Source of the DNA: a bacterium
Lineage (GTDB): Bacteria; Krumholzibacteriota; Krumholzibacteriia; G020349025
Direction of reading: 5' to 3'
Assembly: GCA_031362565.1 (NCBI GenBank)
Contig: JANLSU010000129.1
Coordinates: forward strand, 1-25,321
DNA length: 25,321 nt
Position numbers and translations under genes: made by a program. The notes below the pieces were generated by a model that saw nothing but the letters and a program-made list of their open reading frames with translations, had not been told where the DNA came from and made no database searches. Below are positions 1 through 8,129 of this stretch, one piece after another (position 1 is the stretch's first letter; each line of letters begins with the position of its first letter).

Positions 1-85
1 CAGCCGCCACACCGCCAAGCGTCAACACCGCCAGGCTGAACGCCAAAGCACGCCGGTGCTGGAGCACGAAGCGTGCGGCGTTCAT
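1..85 (-). CDS. RND efflux transporter permease subunit (AcrB/CusA family), N-terminal fragment, runs off the left edge
   Basis: ATG at 85-83 overlaps the MFP stop (ATGA). It translates as MNAARFVLQHRRALAFSLAVLTLGGVAA, a typical RND N-terminal amphipathic helix plus TM1, and is third in a tolC-MFP-RND order. Confidence 0.75.
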   Translation of the reverse strand, partial: MNAARFVLQHRRALAFSLAVLTLGGVAA

Positions 86-1065
86 GGCGCGTCCGTGACG
101 CGGAGCCGCGTCGAGTCGGGCAACCCGTGCGCGCCGACGCCTACAAGACGCATGCCGCGCCGCACCGTGGGGCCGGTGATCTGAATCAGACTGTCCGTCT
201 CGACGCCCGCCGTAACGGCGCGCACGACGCCAAGCGAGTCACCGACGGCTTCGACGACGGTACAGGCGCCGGTTTCGTCGTCCCGGCGCAACGCGCGGCG
301 CGGTACGCACAGGACATTCGCATGCACGTCGACCACGACGTCGGCGGCACCGAAGAGATCGACCCGCAGCGGCGTCGCGCGATCCACGAACCGCAGCCGC
401 ACTTCCACGGCCTGCGACGCCAGGTCGACGGCCGGCGCCGCACTCTCGACCCGCGCCCGGAAGGCGCGGCCCGGCCAGGCCGGAAAACGGATGTCGGCGT
501 CCTGGGGCGGATGAATGCGCGACAAGAAGCGCGGCGGAACTCGCGCCACGAACACCAAGGAGCCGAGGTCCACGACGGTCACGAGTGGTGCACCCGCCGC
601 CACCCACTCCCCTTCGTGCAAATGTCGAACCGCTACGACGCCATCGAACGGAGCGCGCACATCGAGCAAGGTGCGCAGCGTGCGGGCGCGTTCCACGTCG
701 GCGCCGGCGCGGACGCGTTCTTCTTCGGTCGTCGCGTCACCCACGAGGCGCTCGGCGCCCCGCACGGCCGCCGCCGACTCCTCGGTCTCCACCTGGGCGA
801 CGAGCGCACCGGCTTGGACGACGTCGCCCTCGAGCGCGGCGAGATGGGCGACGCGTCCGGCGACCGGCGCGCCGATGGTCTCTTGTCGGAGCGCCCGCGT
901 CGAACCCGTCACCTGGACCCGTTCGCGCAAGGTCGCAACGCGCACCGTGTCGACCTGGACGTCGACGACCGGTTGCACGCTACCGGGATCGTCTTCCTCG
1001 GCGGCGTGGCGGCACCCGGCTACGAGCCCACCGAGTACGACAGCCACCATACAGAGACGTTTCAC
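82..1065 (-). CDS. RND efflux periplasmic adaptor (membrane fusion protein), lipoprotein
   Basis: GTG at 1065 overlaps the tolC stop (GTGA) and follows GGAGG. Lipobox LVAGC; lipoyl half motifs IGAPVAGRVAHL..EGDVV and VRAPFDGVV; C-terminal LCVPRRAL and G.RLV segments typical of HlyD/CusB family. Confidence 0.9.
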   Translation of the reverse strand: MKRLCMVAVVLGGLVAGCRHAAEEDDPGSVQPVVDVQVDTVRVATLRERVQVTGSTRALRQETIGAPVAGRVAHLAALEGDVVQAGALVAQVETEESAAAVRGAERLVGDATTEEERVRAGADVERARTLRTLLDVRAPFDGVVAVRHLHEGEWVAAGAPLVTVVDLGSLVFVARVPPRFLSRIHPPQDADIRFPAWPGRAFRARVESAAPAVDLASQAVEVRLRFVDRATPLRVDLFGAADVVVDVHANVLCVPRRALRRDDETGACTVVEAVGDSLGVVRAVTAGVETDSLIQITGPTVRRGMRLVGVGAHGLPDSTRLRVTDAP

Positions 1066-2348
1066 GGCGTTCCTCCCAAGCGCAACAAACGCGCTTGGGC
1101 GCGCGCCGCAGCCGCCTCCGAGTCGATCCGCGTCAAAGCAATTTCGACGTACGCCCGGTGCGCCTCCAAGACCTCGAAGCCGCTTGCCGCGCCACCGGCC
1201 CAACGCTCGCGAACCAGTCCGGCGACGCGACGCGCGCCGTCAAGAGCCAGCGCCAGTCGGTCGGCGTGCGCCCGCGCCGTTTCGAAAGCGCTGCGTTCGG
1301 CGGCATCTTGGGCGGTGAGTTGCTGCTCGACAGCGCGCCGATCCGCGCGCCGCGCCATCACCATCGCCGCGTCGGCCTCGACACGCGCCGCGCCGGCACC
1401 GGAATCCCATAGCGGCATCACCACATCGACACCGACTCGGTAGCCCAGCACGTGATTGCGTCCGGGCTCGATCAACTGATTGCGCCCGGTCCAGGCGCCG
1501 GCTTCACCGGCAAGGGTGACGCGCGGCCGGCGCTCGGCACGGCGCGTTGCCTGTTCGACCATCGCCGCTTGCGTCTCGATCTCGGTTTGCCGGCTGTCCG
1601 GCGCAACGGCCGCACTCCACTGTGGATCGGGTGTCGCAAGGCGCAGCGTGTCTTCGAGCACGATGGGGGCTTCGGACGTACCGCCGATGACGCCGCGCAG
1701 ATGCAGTTCGGCGCCGCGCGCCTCGCCCTGGGCGGCGTCGAGTGCCGCGCCCTCGAACTCGAGCTGCGTGTCGAGCCGCAGTGCGTCGGTCCGCAGTGCC
1801 GTGCCGCCGCGCGCTAGACGCTCGACTGTTTCTTGTTCACGGCGCAGATCTTCGACACTGCGCGTGAGGACTTCGACCCGGCGCGCCGCCGACCAGAGAT
1901 CGATGCACGCGAGCCGGGTGTCGAGAGCCACGTCCGCGGCGGTGACAGCGCGCGCGGCGCGCGCTTTTTCCACCCCGATGACCGCGGCGCGTTGTCCGAG
2001 ATGCGCGATCCCGCCGTCGTACAACGGCTGCTCGACGCTGAGGAGCGCCGCGAGTTCGCCACCCTCGGTGAGCGCCGGATCGAACCCGTCGATCGGTGCG
2101 AAGGCGGCGCCGCCGCGCGCTTGCACGACGGGACGGAGCGCGCCAGCGGCAACTTTGACGTGGGCCGTGGCCGCACGCACTTCGGCATCGCCCGCCTCCA
2201 TGCGTCCGTGTCTGGAAAGCGCCTGCTTGACGCAGTCTTCTACACCAAGCGCGTCAGCGGCCGGCGCCGAGCGCGGTACCGCGACAAGAAACATCGTGTT
2301 GAACGCTAGAGCGCAGAACACGGTCGAAGTGCGGCGTCGGTCGGACAA
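1062..2348 (-). CDS. TolC-family outer membrane efflux protein
   Basis: TTG start after GAGGA; signal peptide; two OEP repeats (VEQPLYDGG and VVMPLWDSG; GTALRTDAL and GAASGFEVLEA); first gene of the efflux operon. Confidence 0.9.
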   Translation of the reverse strand: MSDRRRTSTVFCALAFNTMFLVAVPRSAPAADALGVEDCVKQALSRHGRMEAGDAEVRAATAHVKVAAGALRPVVQARGGAAFAPIDGFDPALTEGGELAALLSVEQPLYDGGIAHLGQRAAVIGVEKARAARAVTAADVALDTRLACIDLWSAARRVEVLTRSVEDLRREQETVERLARGGTALRTDALRLDTQLEFEGAALDAAQGEARGAELHLRGVIGGTSEAPIVLEDTLRLATPDPQWSAAVAPDSRQTEIETQAAMVEQATRRAERRPRVTLAGEAGAWTGRNQLIEPGRNHVLGYRVGVDVVMPLWDSGAGAARVEADAAMVMARRADRRAVEQQLTAQDAAERSAFETARAHADRLALALDGARRVAGLVRERWAGGAASGFEVLEAHRAYVEIALTRIDSEAAAARAQARLLRLGGTP

Positions 2349-2454
2349 GTTGGTTCCTCGGCTTACAGCGGAATGAAAAAGCGAAGCACGCGCCTGGGAA
2401 TAACACTAGCGCGCTTCATGCCGGGGGTTGTCGCGACGGAGTCGCGAGTCTGTC

Positions 2455-2483
2455 GCACGGACGTAAAAAGACCCTTCGGGGTA
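2455..2483 (-). terminator. possible weak intrinsic terminator after mutM
   Basis: Minus strand ACCC-CGAA-GGGT followed by CTTTTT just after the mutM stop; the stem is short. Confidence 0.35.
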
Positions 2484-2485
2484 AC

Positions 2486-3310
2486 TCAGTGCTGGCAGCC
2501 TGGACAATAGAACGTGCTGCGGCCCGCCTGGACGATGCGCCGAATTTCGTGGCCGCAGCGGCGGCAGGATTCCCCAGCACGTCCGTAGACTTCCAACTTG
2601 TTCTGAAACGCACCGTATTGGCCGTCGGCGTCCCGGAAGTCCTGCAGCGTCGTGCCGCCTTCCACGACCGCCTGTTGCAGGACGGCGAGCACTGCCGCAT
2701 GCAGACGCGTCCAGCGCGCCGTGCCTAGACGCCGCGCCGGTGTCATGGGATGTACGCTTGCTTGGTGCAGCGATTCGCACGCGTAGATGTTCCCAACCCC
2801 GACGACAACCGCTGCATCCATCAGCACGTTCTTGATGGGCTTGCGTGCCGCGCGCGCCCGTGCCTGCAGTACGGAGGGCGTGAACGCCGGATCGAAAGGT
2901 TCGGGCCCGAGGCGCGCGAAGCGCGGATGGCGCCGCAACTCGGCCTGCGGAACCACGAACAACATCCCGAACCGGCGCGGATCCTGGAAGCGCAGTTCGG
3001 ACGCATCATCGAGCCGGATCCGGACGTGGGTATGAGCCGCGAGCGGCGCGTCCACCGGCGCCAGGAGAAACCGGCCGCTCATCCCGAGGTGCAAGACGAG
3101 GACGTTGGCATCGTCGAGTTCGAGCAGTAGATACTTCGAACGCCGGCCCACCGCCACCACCCGCCGGCCGATGAGGGCTTTCTGCAACTGCCGCGGTACG
3201 AGGCGCATGCGCAGGCGCGTGTCACGGACGATGACGTGGGTCACCTGCCGGCCCGGCAGCGATCTGGAAAGGCCGCGGCGCAGCGTTTCGACTTCCGGCA
3301 GTTCAGGCAT
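2486..3310 (-). CDS. mutM: formamidopyrimidine-DNA glycosylase / AP lyase (Fpg)
   Basis: N-terminal MPELPEVET after GGGAGG; HLGMSG, DPRRFG, H2TH motif GVGNIYACESL; C-terminal zinc finger CRRC...RSTFYCPGCQ. Confidence 0.97.
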   Translation of the reverse strand: MPELPEVETLRRGLSRSLPGRQVTHVIVRDTRLRMRLVPRQLQKALIGRRVVAVGRRSKYLLLELDDANVLVLHLGMSGRFLLAPVDAPLAAHTHVRIRLDDASELRFQDPRRFGMLFVVPQAELRRHPRFARLGPEPFDPAFTPSVLQARARAARKPIKNVLMDAAVVVGVGNIYACESLHQASVHPMTPARRLGTARWTRLHAAVLAVLQQAVVEGGTTLQDFRDADGQYGAFQNKLEVYGRAGESCRRCGHEIRRIVQAGRSTFYCPGCQH

Positions 3311-3356
3311 CGGGCCTCCCTTGGCGCCATGGCGTCTTTCTTGCCCGACGACACCT

Positions 3357-3656
3357 ATGCGCCGTCCACCAATCTCGATCCTCGTTTTGGGCGCTCTGGC
3401 GCTCGGCCTGATCGCCACCCTGGGCATGCTCGCGATCCGCAATGCGGGCGAGCATCGCGCACCGATTGTGCGTGAAATCAATGACTTGGTGGCGGGATTC
3501 GAACCATCACCGCAAGTGGGGACCGCGGCAATCCAGAGTCGTCCCGACCCCGCGCGCCACCCCCAGCCGCTCGCCGCCGTGGCCGCCGTCGTAGCGGTCC
3601 TCGCAGTGTGGTACCGGCTGCACCGTCAGCACCGCTCGCGCAACAACCGTTCATAG
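3357..3656 (+). CDS. small hypothetical membrane protein (99 aa, two hydrophobic segments)
   Basis: MRRPPISILVLGALALGLIATLGMLAIR and LAAVAAVVAVLAVWYRLHR fill the gap between mutM and the GT4 gene; 31-nt convergent overlap with the GT4 3' end; no clear RBS. Confidence 0.55.
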   Translation: MRRPPISILVLGALALGLIATLGMLAIRNAGEHRAPIVREINDLVAGFEPSPQVGTAAIQSRPDPARHPQPLAAVAAVVAVLAVWYRLHRQHRSRNNRS

Positions 3657-4753
3657 TGCGCCTCGACTTGCGCCGCGATCCGCGGCCAAGCGAACTCCGC
3701 GGCACGCTTCCGGCCGCCGGCTCCGAGCGCCGTGCGCAGGCCGGCGTCGCTGACCATCCGCCGCAACACATCGCGCAGATCGCCAGCGTCGGCCGTGGCG
3801 TGCAGGAGCGCCTCTTGGCCCTCGCGCACCACGTCCGAATAGCCGGGGATGCGCGCCGCGACGATCGGCTTGCCGGCCGCCATCGCCTCCAAGAGTGTAA
3901 TCCCAAAACTCTCGTGGCCGATGGACGGGGCAACGAAGACATCGCACTTGCGGTAGAAACCCGCCAATTGATCGCCATGCGCCGAACCATGGAACGTGAC
4001 GCGCGACCGCGCCTCGGCCCCGAGTTGGCGCCGGCACGTGGCGCCGAGCGGCCCGTCGCCTACCACGTCGAGACGCAAACGCGGCAATTCCGCCGACAGG
4101 CCCTCGAACGCTTCGAGCAACACCGACAGCCCCTTCTTCGGCACCAGATGGCCGACAAAAAGCAGCCGCTGCTCGCCATTCGGCGCCGGCTGATGGCCGT
4201 TCGGTGCAAAGCGCTTCAGGTCGATGCCGTTCGGAACGATTTCGTAGTCGCGCTGGAAGTAACGTGCGAAAGAGGTCCGCGCCGCCGGTGACACGGCGAT
4301 GCAAAGCGGCAGGCGATCTTGGCGCGCGCGCAGCACCCACTGCCACCACCGCAGCATGCGCTCGGTAGGATGATAAGAATGAAACGTGCCGACATTGAGC
4401 GCCGGACTGCGGTCGAGCGCCAGGAGCGGCAGCATCGGCGTCATCGGGTTATGGATATGCACGACGTCGAAGCTCTCGCGTTTGAACACGGCGTCGAGGG
4501 CCTGCGGCAGGCCGGGCCGGTAGGTGACGCTCGCCATGCCGCCGTTGTACGGAAAACGAATATTGGGACCGAGCCGATAGGTGTAGGGTTCGAGAACGGG
4601 ATCGATCGGCGCGCCGCCTTCGACCCGAAAACGGCTCGTCAGAATTCGCACCTCGTGACCCCGGGCCCGCAGTTCGCGGGACAGACACGCCACGTGTTCA
4701 CCGATCCCTCCCGACCAAGGGGCGAAGAATTCGGTGACTTGCGCGATCTTCAC
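3626..4753 (-). CDS. GT4 glycosyltransferase, PimA (phosphatidylinositol alpha-mannosyltransferase)-like
   Basis: GTG at 4753 coupled to the upstream stop (GTGA). Motifs GGIGEHV, PYNGGMA, FDVVHIHNP, VGTFHS, KKG and ESFGITLLEAMAAG parallel those of PimA. Confidence 0.88.
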   Translation of the reverse strand: MKIAQVTEFFAPWSGGIGEHVACLSRELRARGHEVRILTSRFRVEGGAPIDPVLEPYTYRLGPNIRFPYNGGMASVTYRPGLPQALDAVFKRESFDVVHIHNPMTPMLPLLALDRSPALNVGTFHSYHPTERMLRWWQWVLRARQDRLPLCIAVSPAARTSFARYFQRDYEIVPNGIDLKRFAPNGHQPAPNGEQRLLFVGHLVPKKGLSVLLEAFEGLSAELPRLRLDVVGDGPLGATCRRQLGAEARSRVTFHGSAHGDQLAGFYRKCDVFVAPSIGHESFGITLLEAMAAGKPIVAARIPGYSDVVREGQEALLHATADAGDLRDVLRRMVSDAGLRTALGAGGRKRAAEFAWPRIAAQVEAHYERLLRERC

Positions 4754-5631
4754 GCCGCTCTCCCCAGTGCCGTGGCGGCGCCAGCCGCCGGCGCGAGCGG
4801 CGCGAACAGACACCACTGGCCGGGATACCGGCAAACCCGCTCCTGTAACGCGGCCGCGAACTCGGTGGCGATGAACCGGACGCGCGTCGCTTCGTCCGGC
4901 AGCGACCGAGCAGCAGCCGCCCAGTTTTCGCTGCACTGCAGTTCGAACCCCGCCGCGGTGCGCACCGCGAAAACGGCGTGAATCGCTGCGCCATGCCGCA
5001 GTGCCAAGCGCACCCCGCCGACGGGGATTTCGAGCCGCGCGGTCCCGGCGTCGACCGCTTCACGCCGCGCCCCGAATGGCCGGTCGGCGGCAAGTGCCAG
5101 CACACCATTGCCACGCAGCGTCGCGATCGGCACGCGGCCCGGGTCCCCCACCGGCACCGTGCGCACCCCGTGTTGCGCCCGCACCCGGCGGTAAAACTCG
5201 CCGAGCAGCGGCGGCTCGAGCGGCTCGACGAAGACGCAAACGTCGGTGCCACGGGCAGCGATCGCAAAGCCCACGAGATCCCAGTGCCCGAAGTGAGCGC
5301 TCAGCACCAATGCGCCGCGGCCGCGGCCGAGACTGGCCTGCAGCCGGTCGGCGTGGCGCCAGTCATAGGCGCCGATCGAATCGGCGAGTGACCGGTGCCG
5401 CAACCTCATCATCGACAGGTAGTAACGCGCATAAGTTCGGAATGTTTCGCAGCTCTGTTCGGGCCCCTCGACGGCGCCAAGCGCGGTGGCATTCGCGGCC
5501 GCAATCCGCCGGCCGCGACGCGACAGGAACCACGCGGCCCGGCCCACGTGGTCCGCGACGGCTTGTGTGAACCCAAGCGGCAGCGAGGCCGCGGGACGGC
5601 TCCCTGCGGGCAGCAGGCACTGCGGATTCAA
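4750..5631 (-). CDS. lipid A/PIM acyltransferase family protein (HtrB/PatA-like)
   Basis: TTG at 5631 preceded by GAGGAG; GALVLSAHFGHWD (HX4D catalytic motif), LAADRP, and C-terminal YPGQW. The start codon is inferred. Confidence 0.85.
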   Translation of the reverse strand: MNPQCLLPAGSRPAASLPLGFTQAVADHVGRAAWFLSRRGRRIAAANATALGAVEGPEQSCETFRTYARYYLSMMRLRHRSLADSIGAYDWRHADRLQASLGRGRGALVLSAHFGHWDLVGFAIAARGTDVCVFVEPLEPPLLGEFYRRVRAQHGVRTVPVGDPGRVPIATLRGNGVLALAADRPFGARREAVDAGTARLEIPVGGVRLALRHGAAIHAVFAVRTAAGFELQCSENWAAAARSLPDEATRVRFIATEFAAALQERVCRYPGQWCLFAPLAPAAGAATALGRAA

Positions 5632-5779
5632 ACGTGCTCCTCGAGGATCGGGCCAAGGACGGCCCATGGAGTGGCCGATCGCAAGGTAGCACGCGCGCCG
5701 GTCCGCAGCCACCAGCGAGCGTGCGGTCCCGTCACGAAGGCGGTAGAATGCCGCGAGCGTCAACGGCGCGTGGAGGTCT

Positions 5780-7912
5780 GTGGAACCCGTCACCGAATCG
5801 CAGCTCGAGCCGGCCGATCCCGCAACTTGGCCGCGCCGGTGGTCGTTCGCGACGCCGCCCGGCGGACCGCGCCGTCGGACCCGTGAAGTGCGCGTTGGCG
5901 ACGTCGGCATCGGCGGCGCGAATCCGATCCGCATCCAGTCCATGACGATCGCCGACACCCTCGACACCGACGCGGTGGTGCGGGAAATCGAACAACTGCA
6001 TGCCGCTGGGAGCGAAATCGTCCGCGTCACCGCTCCGAACCGTTCCGCGGCTGAAAACCTGAGCGTGATTCGCGCCGAACTCGCGCGCCGCGGCGTGCGC
6101 GTGCCGCTCGTGGCCGACATTCATTTCACGCCGCAAGCCGCCCTCATCGCCACCGAGAGCGTCGAAAAGGTCCGCATCAATCCCGGCAACTACGCCGACC
6201 GGAAGCACTTCGAGAAATGGGAGTACACCGACGCGGAGTACAGCGCCGAACTCGAGCGCCTGGAAGCAGCATTCCGGCCGCTCGTCGTGAAGTGCAAGGA
6301 GCGCGGCGTGGCGATGCGGATCGGCACCAACCACGGCTCGCTCTCCGACCGCATCCTGAACCGGTACGGCGACACGCCGCGCGGCATGGTGGAATCAGCC
6401 CTCGAGTTCGTGCGCATTTGCGAGCATCACGGCTATCGCGACCTCGTTCTCTCGATGAAGGCCTCGGACGTCAAAGTCATGGTGCAAGCGTACCGGCTGC
6501 TCGCGCTCCGCATGCAGGAACTCGGCATGGACTACCCGTTTCATCTCGGGGTCACCGAAGCGGGAGCCGGCCTGGCGGCGCGCATCAAATCGGCGATCGG
6601 CATCGGCAGCCTGCTCCGCGACGGGCTGGGTGACACGGTGCGCGTCTCGCTGACCGAGGACTCGGTGTACGAGCTCCCGGTGGCGCGCGCCATCGCCGCG
6701 CTCGCGCCCACGAACGGATCCGTACGGCGCGGGCCTGACGGCGGGGCCGCGGCCACCAGTTGGGCACCACGCATCGATCCGTTCCGTTTTCAACGGCGCG
6801 CGGTCCGAGCGGCCGACCCGACCGGACTCGGCACGCATCAAGCGCCGCGGATCGAAGTCATCGCGCGCCCCGCGCCGGCGCTCCGGGACGATGCCCGCCT
6901 CGCGGTCCGCGCCCTGCAGGGTCTCGCGCATCGCATGAAGCCGGACCCTGATCTCATTGTAATTGCGTTTGATCCGACTGCGGACAGCGCTCTATGGAAA
7001 CCGGTCCTCGAGGTCTGGCGCGAGGCACTCGCGCGGCCCGAATCGCGCCCGGGACTGGCCTGCGGAATCGAGGTTCCGAGCCGCTGGCTCGCCGAGGCCG
7101 GGTTCGGCGCGATCGCCGGCGCCGGGTGGGAGCGTGTCTCGGTCCGGATCGAAGCCTCCGACGTGGCGCGGTTCGATGCCGGCGGGCTCGCGGCCTGCTG
7201 CGCGCTGCAGTACGTCATCGCTGCCGAGAGTTCCGAGGCCGCCGCCGAAGGTACGCTGCAGCTCATCGCGCGCCTGCAATCCGGCGCCATCCCACGCGGC
7301 GCCCTCGGTCTCGATCTCGGGCCATCCGCCGTCGCCGACTATGCGCCGGCGTGGCGCCAAATCCTCGCCGCGGCCCCAGCCTGGGACGGTCCGGTGGTGC
7401 TGCGATGCACCTTGGCGGATCGAACGGCGGTCGATGCACATGCCAGCTACGACGAAATTCGCGTCGCGACGGCGGTTGGGGCGTTGCTCGTCGATGGGAT
7501 CGGGGATGCGCTGCAGGTCGAATGTATCGACGCGGCCCGCGGCGCCGAGTGGGCCGCCGAAGTCTTGCAATCGACTCGGGCGCGCTTGAGCAAGGCCGAC
7601 TTTATCGCCTGCCCGTCGTGCGGCCGGACGCAGTTCGACCTCCAGACGACTTCACGGCAGATCACGGCGCGGATGCAGCACTTGGTGGGTCTCAAGATTG
7701 CGGTCATGGGTTGCGTCGTCAACGGACCAGGCGAAATGGCCGACGCCGATTTCGGGTACGTGGGCAGCGGTCCCGGCAAGATCGATCTCTACGTCGGACA
7801 CGAACGCGTCATGCGCGGCGTCGCGCAGGCCGACGCCGTCGAACGCTTGATCGACCTGATCCGCGACCGCGGCCGCTGGGTGGATCCCCCTGCCGGACCG
7901 GCGGCCACTTGA
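5780..7912 (+). CDS. ispG: (E)-4-hydroxy-3-methylbut-2-enyl-diphosphate synthase IspG, long (three-domain) form
   Basis: GTG after GGAGG; IRIQSMT, PLVADIHF, KVRINPGN, RIGTNHGSL, YPFHLGVTEAG, GDTVRVSL; 4Fe-4S ligands CPSCGR and GCVVNGPGE; large central insertion. Confidence 0.97.
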   Translation: MEPVTESQLEPADPATWPRRWSFATPPGGPRRRTREVRVGDVGIGGANPIRIQSMTIADTLDTDAVVREIEQLHAAGSEIVRVTAPNRSAAENLSVIRAELARRGVRVPLVADIHFTPQAALIATESVEKVRINPGNYADRKHFEKWEYTDAEYSAELERLEAAFRPLVVKCKERGVAMRIGTNHGSLSDRILNRYGDTPRGMVESALEFVRICEHHGYRDLVLSMKASDVKVMVQAYRLLALRMQELGMDYPFHLGVTEAGAGLAARIKSAIGIGSLLRDGLGDTVRVSLTEDSVYELPVARAIAALAPTNGSVRRGPDGGAAATSWAPRIDPFRFQRRAVRAADPTGLGTHQAPRIEVIARPAPALRDDARLAVRALQGLAHRMKPDPDLIVIAFDPTADSALWKPVLEVWREALARPESRPGLACGIEVPSRWLAEAGFGAIAGAGWERVSVRIEASDVARFDAGGLAACCALQYVIAAESSEAAAEGTLQLIARLQSGAIPRGALGLDLGPSAVADYAPAWRQILAAAPAWDGPVVLRCTLADRTAVDAHASYDEIRVATAVGALLVDGIGDALQVECIDAARGAEWAAEVLQSTRARLSKADFIACPSCGRTQFDLQTTSRQITARMQHLVGLKIAVMGCVVNGPGEMADADFGYVGSGPGKIDLYVGHERVMRGVAQADAVERLIDLIRDRGRWVDPPAGPAAT

Positions 7913-8129
7913 AGGGCCGGCGACAGTCCGCGCGCGCGGTCTGGACGATTCTGGCGCCCGCCGAAGCATTTCAGCTGCCGAATCCCATCCCGTATGCCAT
8001 CCTGCACGGCGCGCGCGGCAAGCCGGTCCGGCGCGTCGCGGGACGAGTCTCGGAACAAGACAGCCGTGCCGTAGTCGGTGCCGCACCGGGCTTGATGACG
8101 CACGAGGGGTGGAGCGGTTGACCAACCGA

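Noticed and set aside
73..2376. Several long plus-strand ORFs over the efflux operon
   Set aside because: Antisense shadows of the MFP and TolC genes, with Arg/Ala-rich non-protein-like composition.
3493..3505. 13-nt match CGGGATTCGAACC to the tRNA-Glu T-arm, a possible att site of an island
   Set aside because: It is short and lacks the tRNA 3' end, no integrase is present, and the intervening genes are housekeeping.
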